32,000 nucleotides of DNA from Bryobacteraceae bacterium (GTDB taxonomy: Bacteria > Acidobacteriota > Terriglobia > Bryobacterales > Bryobacteraceae). The notes below the pieces were generated by a model that was not told the DNA's origin, did no database searches, and saw only the letters and a list, made by a program, of their open reading frames with translations. The position numbers and the translations under genes are program-made. How positions within the stretch are numbered: position 1 is the first letter of the stretch; the number at the start of each line of letters is the position of its first letter. Where the stretch lies: assembly GCA_035638575.1 (NCBI GenBank), contig DASQZT010000132.1, positions 1 through 32,000 on the forward strand. The letters are read 5' to 3'. Shown here piece by piece: positions 31,708 through 32,000 of this stretch.

Positions 31708-32000
31708 GCGGGCTGCGGGCGCTCCCCTTCCGAGAGACCGGTCACGCGGCGGCCGCTCTCGGGCCGAAGGACCTGCTGGGTGTGGTCCTCGGAGTCCTTC
31801 GAGCCGGTCTTCGCCACGGGATCGAGCGCCTGGCCCTTGATGATCTGCATGACTTCGTTGCCGTCCAGAATCTCGCGGACCAGCAGCGTCTCCGCGATCC
31901 GGACCAGGGCTTCGGACCGCTCCTCGAGGATCTGCGCGGCCGTGTCGTAACTGCCCTGCACCAGCTTCTTCACCTGCTCGTCGATCCGGATGGCGGTCTC
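31704..32000 (-). CDS. ftsH: ATP-dependent zinc metalloprotease FtsH, C-terminal end (partial, continues beyond the window)
   Basis: The frame is open to the right edge. ...IDEQVKKLVQGSYDTAAQILEERSEALVRIAETLLVREILDGNEVMQII matches the helical C-terminal region of the M41 domain. Confidence 0.8.
   Translation of the reverse strand, partial: ETAIRIDEQVKKLVQGSYDTAAQILEERSEALVRIAETLLVREILDGNEVMQIIKGQALDPVAKTGSKDSEDHTQQVLRPESGRRVTGLSEGERPQPA

Noticed and set aside
1-32000. CRISPR arrays, rRNA, tRNA, IS elements, integrases, phage or defence-system genes
   Set aside because: None were recognised on either strand. The only repeats found are the mtrC-derived inverted repeat and short regulatory-type motifs.

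Overview
High-GC bacterial chromosomal window with tightly packed operons. No rRNA, tRNA, CRISPR array, transposase or integrase was recognised. All family calls are by-eye motif recognition on the supplied ORF translations, with no searches run.

Gene content, left to right:
- An nfeD-stomatin-SPOR operon and a DUF2934 gene.
- lexA, divergent from a degenerate GGDEF gene.
- priA and a TPR protein.
- ssb followed by a LexA-N-domain-only wHTH gene.
- A monoheme cytochrome c.
- About 1 kb of gene relics: a tannase-family fragment and an orphan ORF with an SSB-like tail.
- A PadR / membrane protein / FtsH-N-terminal-only operon.
- A cytoplasmic HisKA_3 kinase and NarL-type regulator pair, then DUF488.
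- A YtrA-type GntR plus ABC module.
- A Tat-exported Gfo/Idh/MocA oxidoreductase with a His-rich membrane partner.
- A PIN toxin-antitoxin pair, a HAD phosphatase, and the 3' end of ftsH.

The two strongest signals:
1. 18295-25045 is an MtrC-MtrA-MtrB-type porin-cytochrome gene cluster (10 + 10 heme sites plus a roughly 690-aa outer-membrane protein). A four-domain class I cytochrome c follows it. A chimeric mtrC relic sits between mtrC and mtrA.
2. 17221-17754 encodes a secreted thioredoxin-fold protein. The first redox cysteine of its motif is an in-frame TGA (W-U-G-W-C), and a SECIS-like hairpin follows immediately. It is transcribed divergently from the cytochrome cluster.

The PadR type and overall gene content suggest an Acidobacteria-like host. 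That is an inference only.
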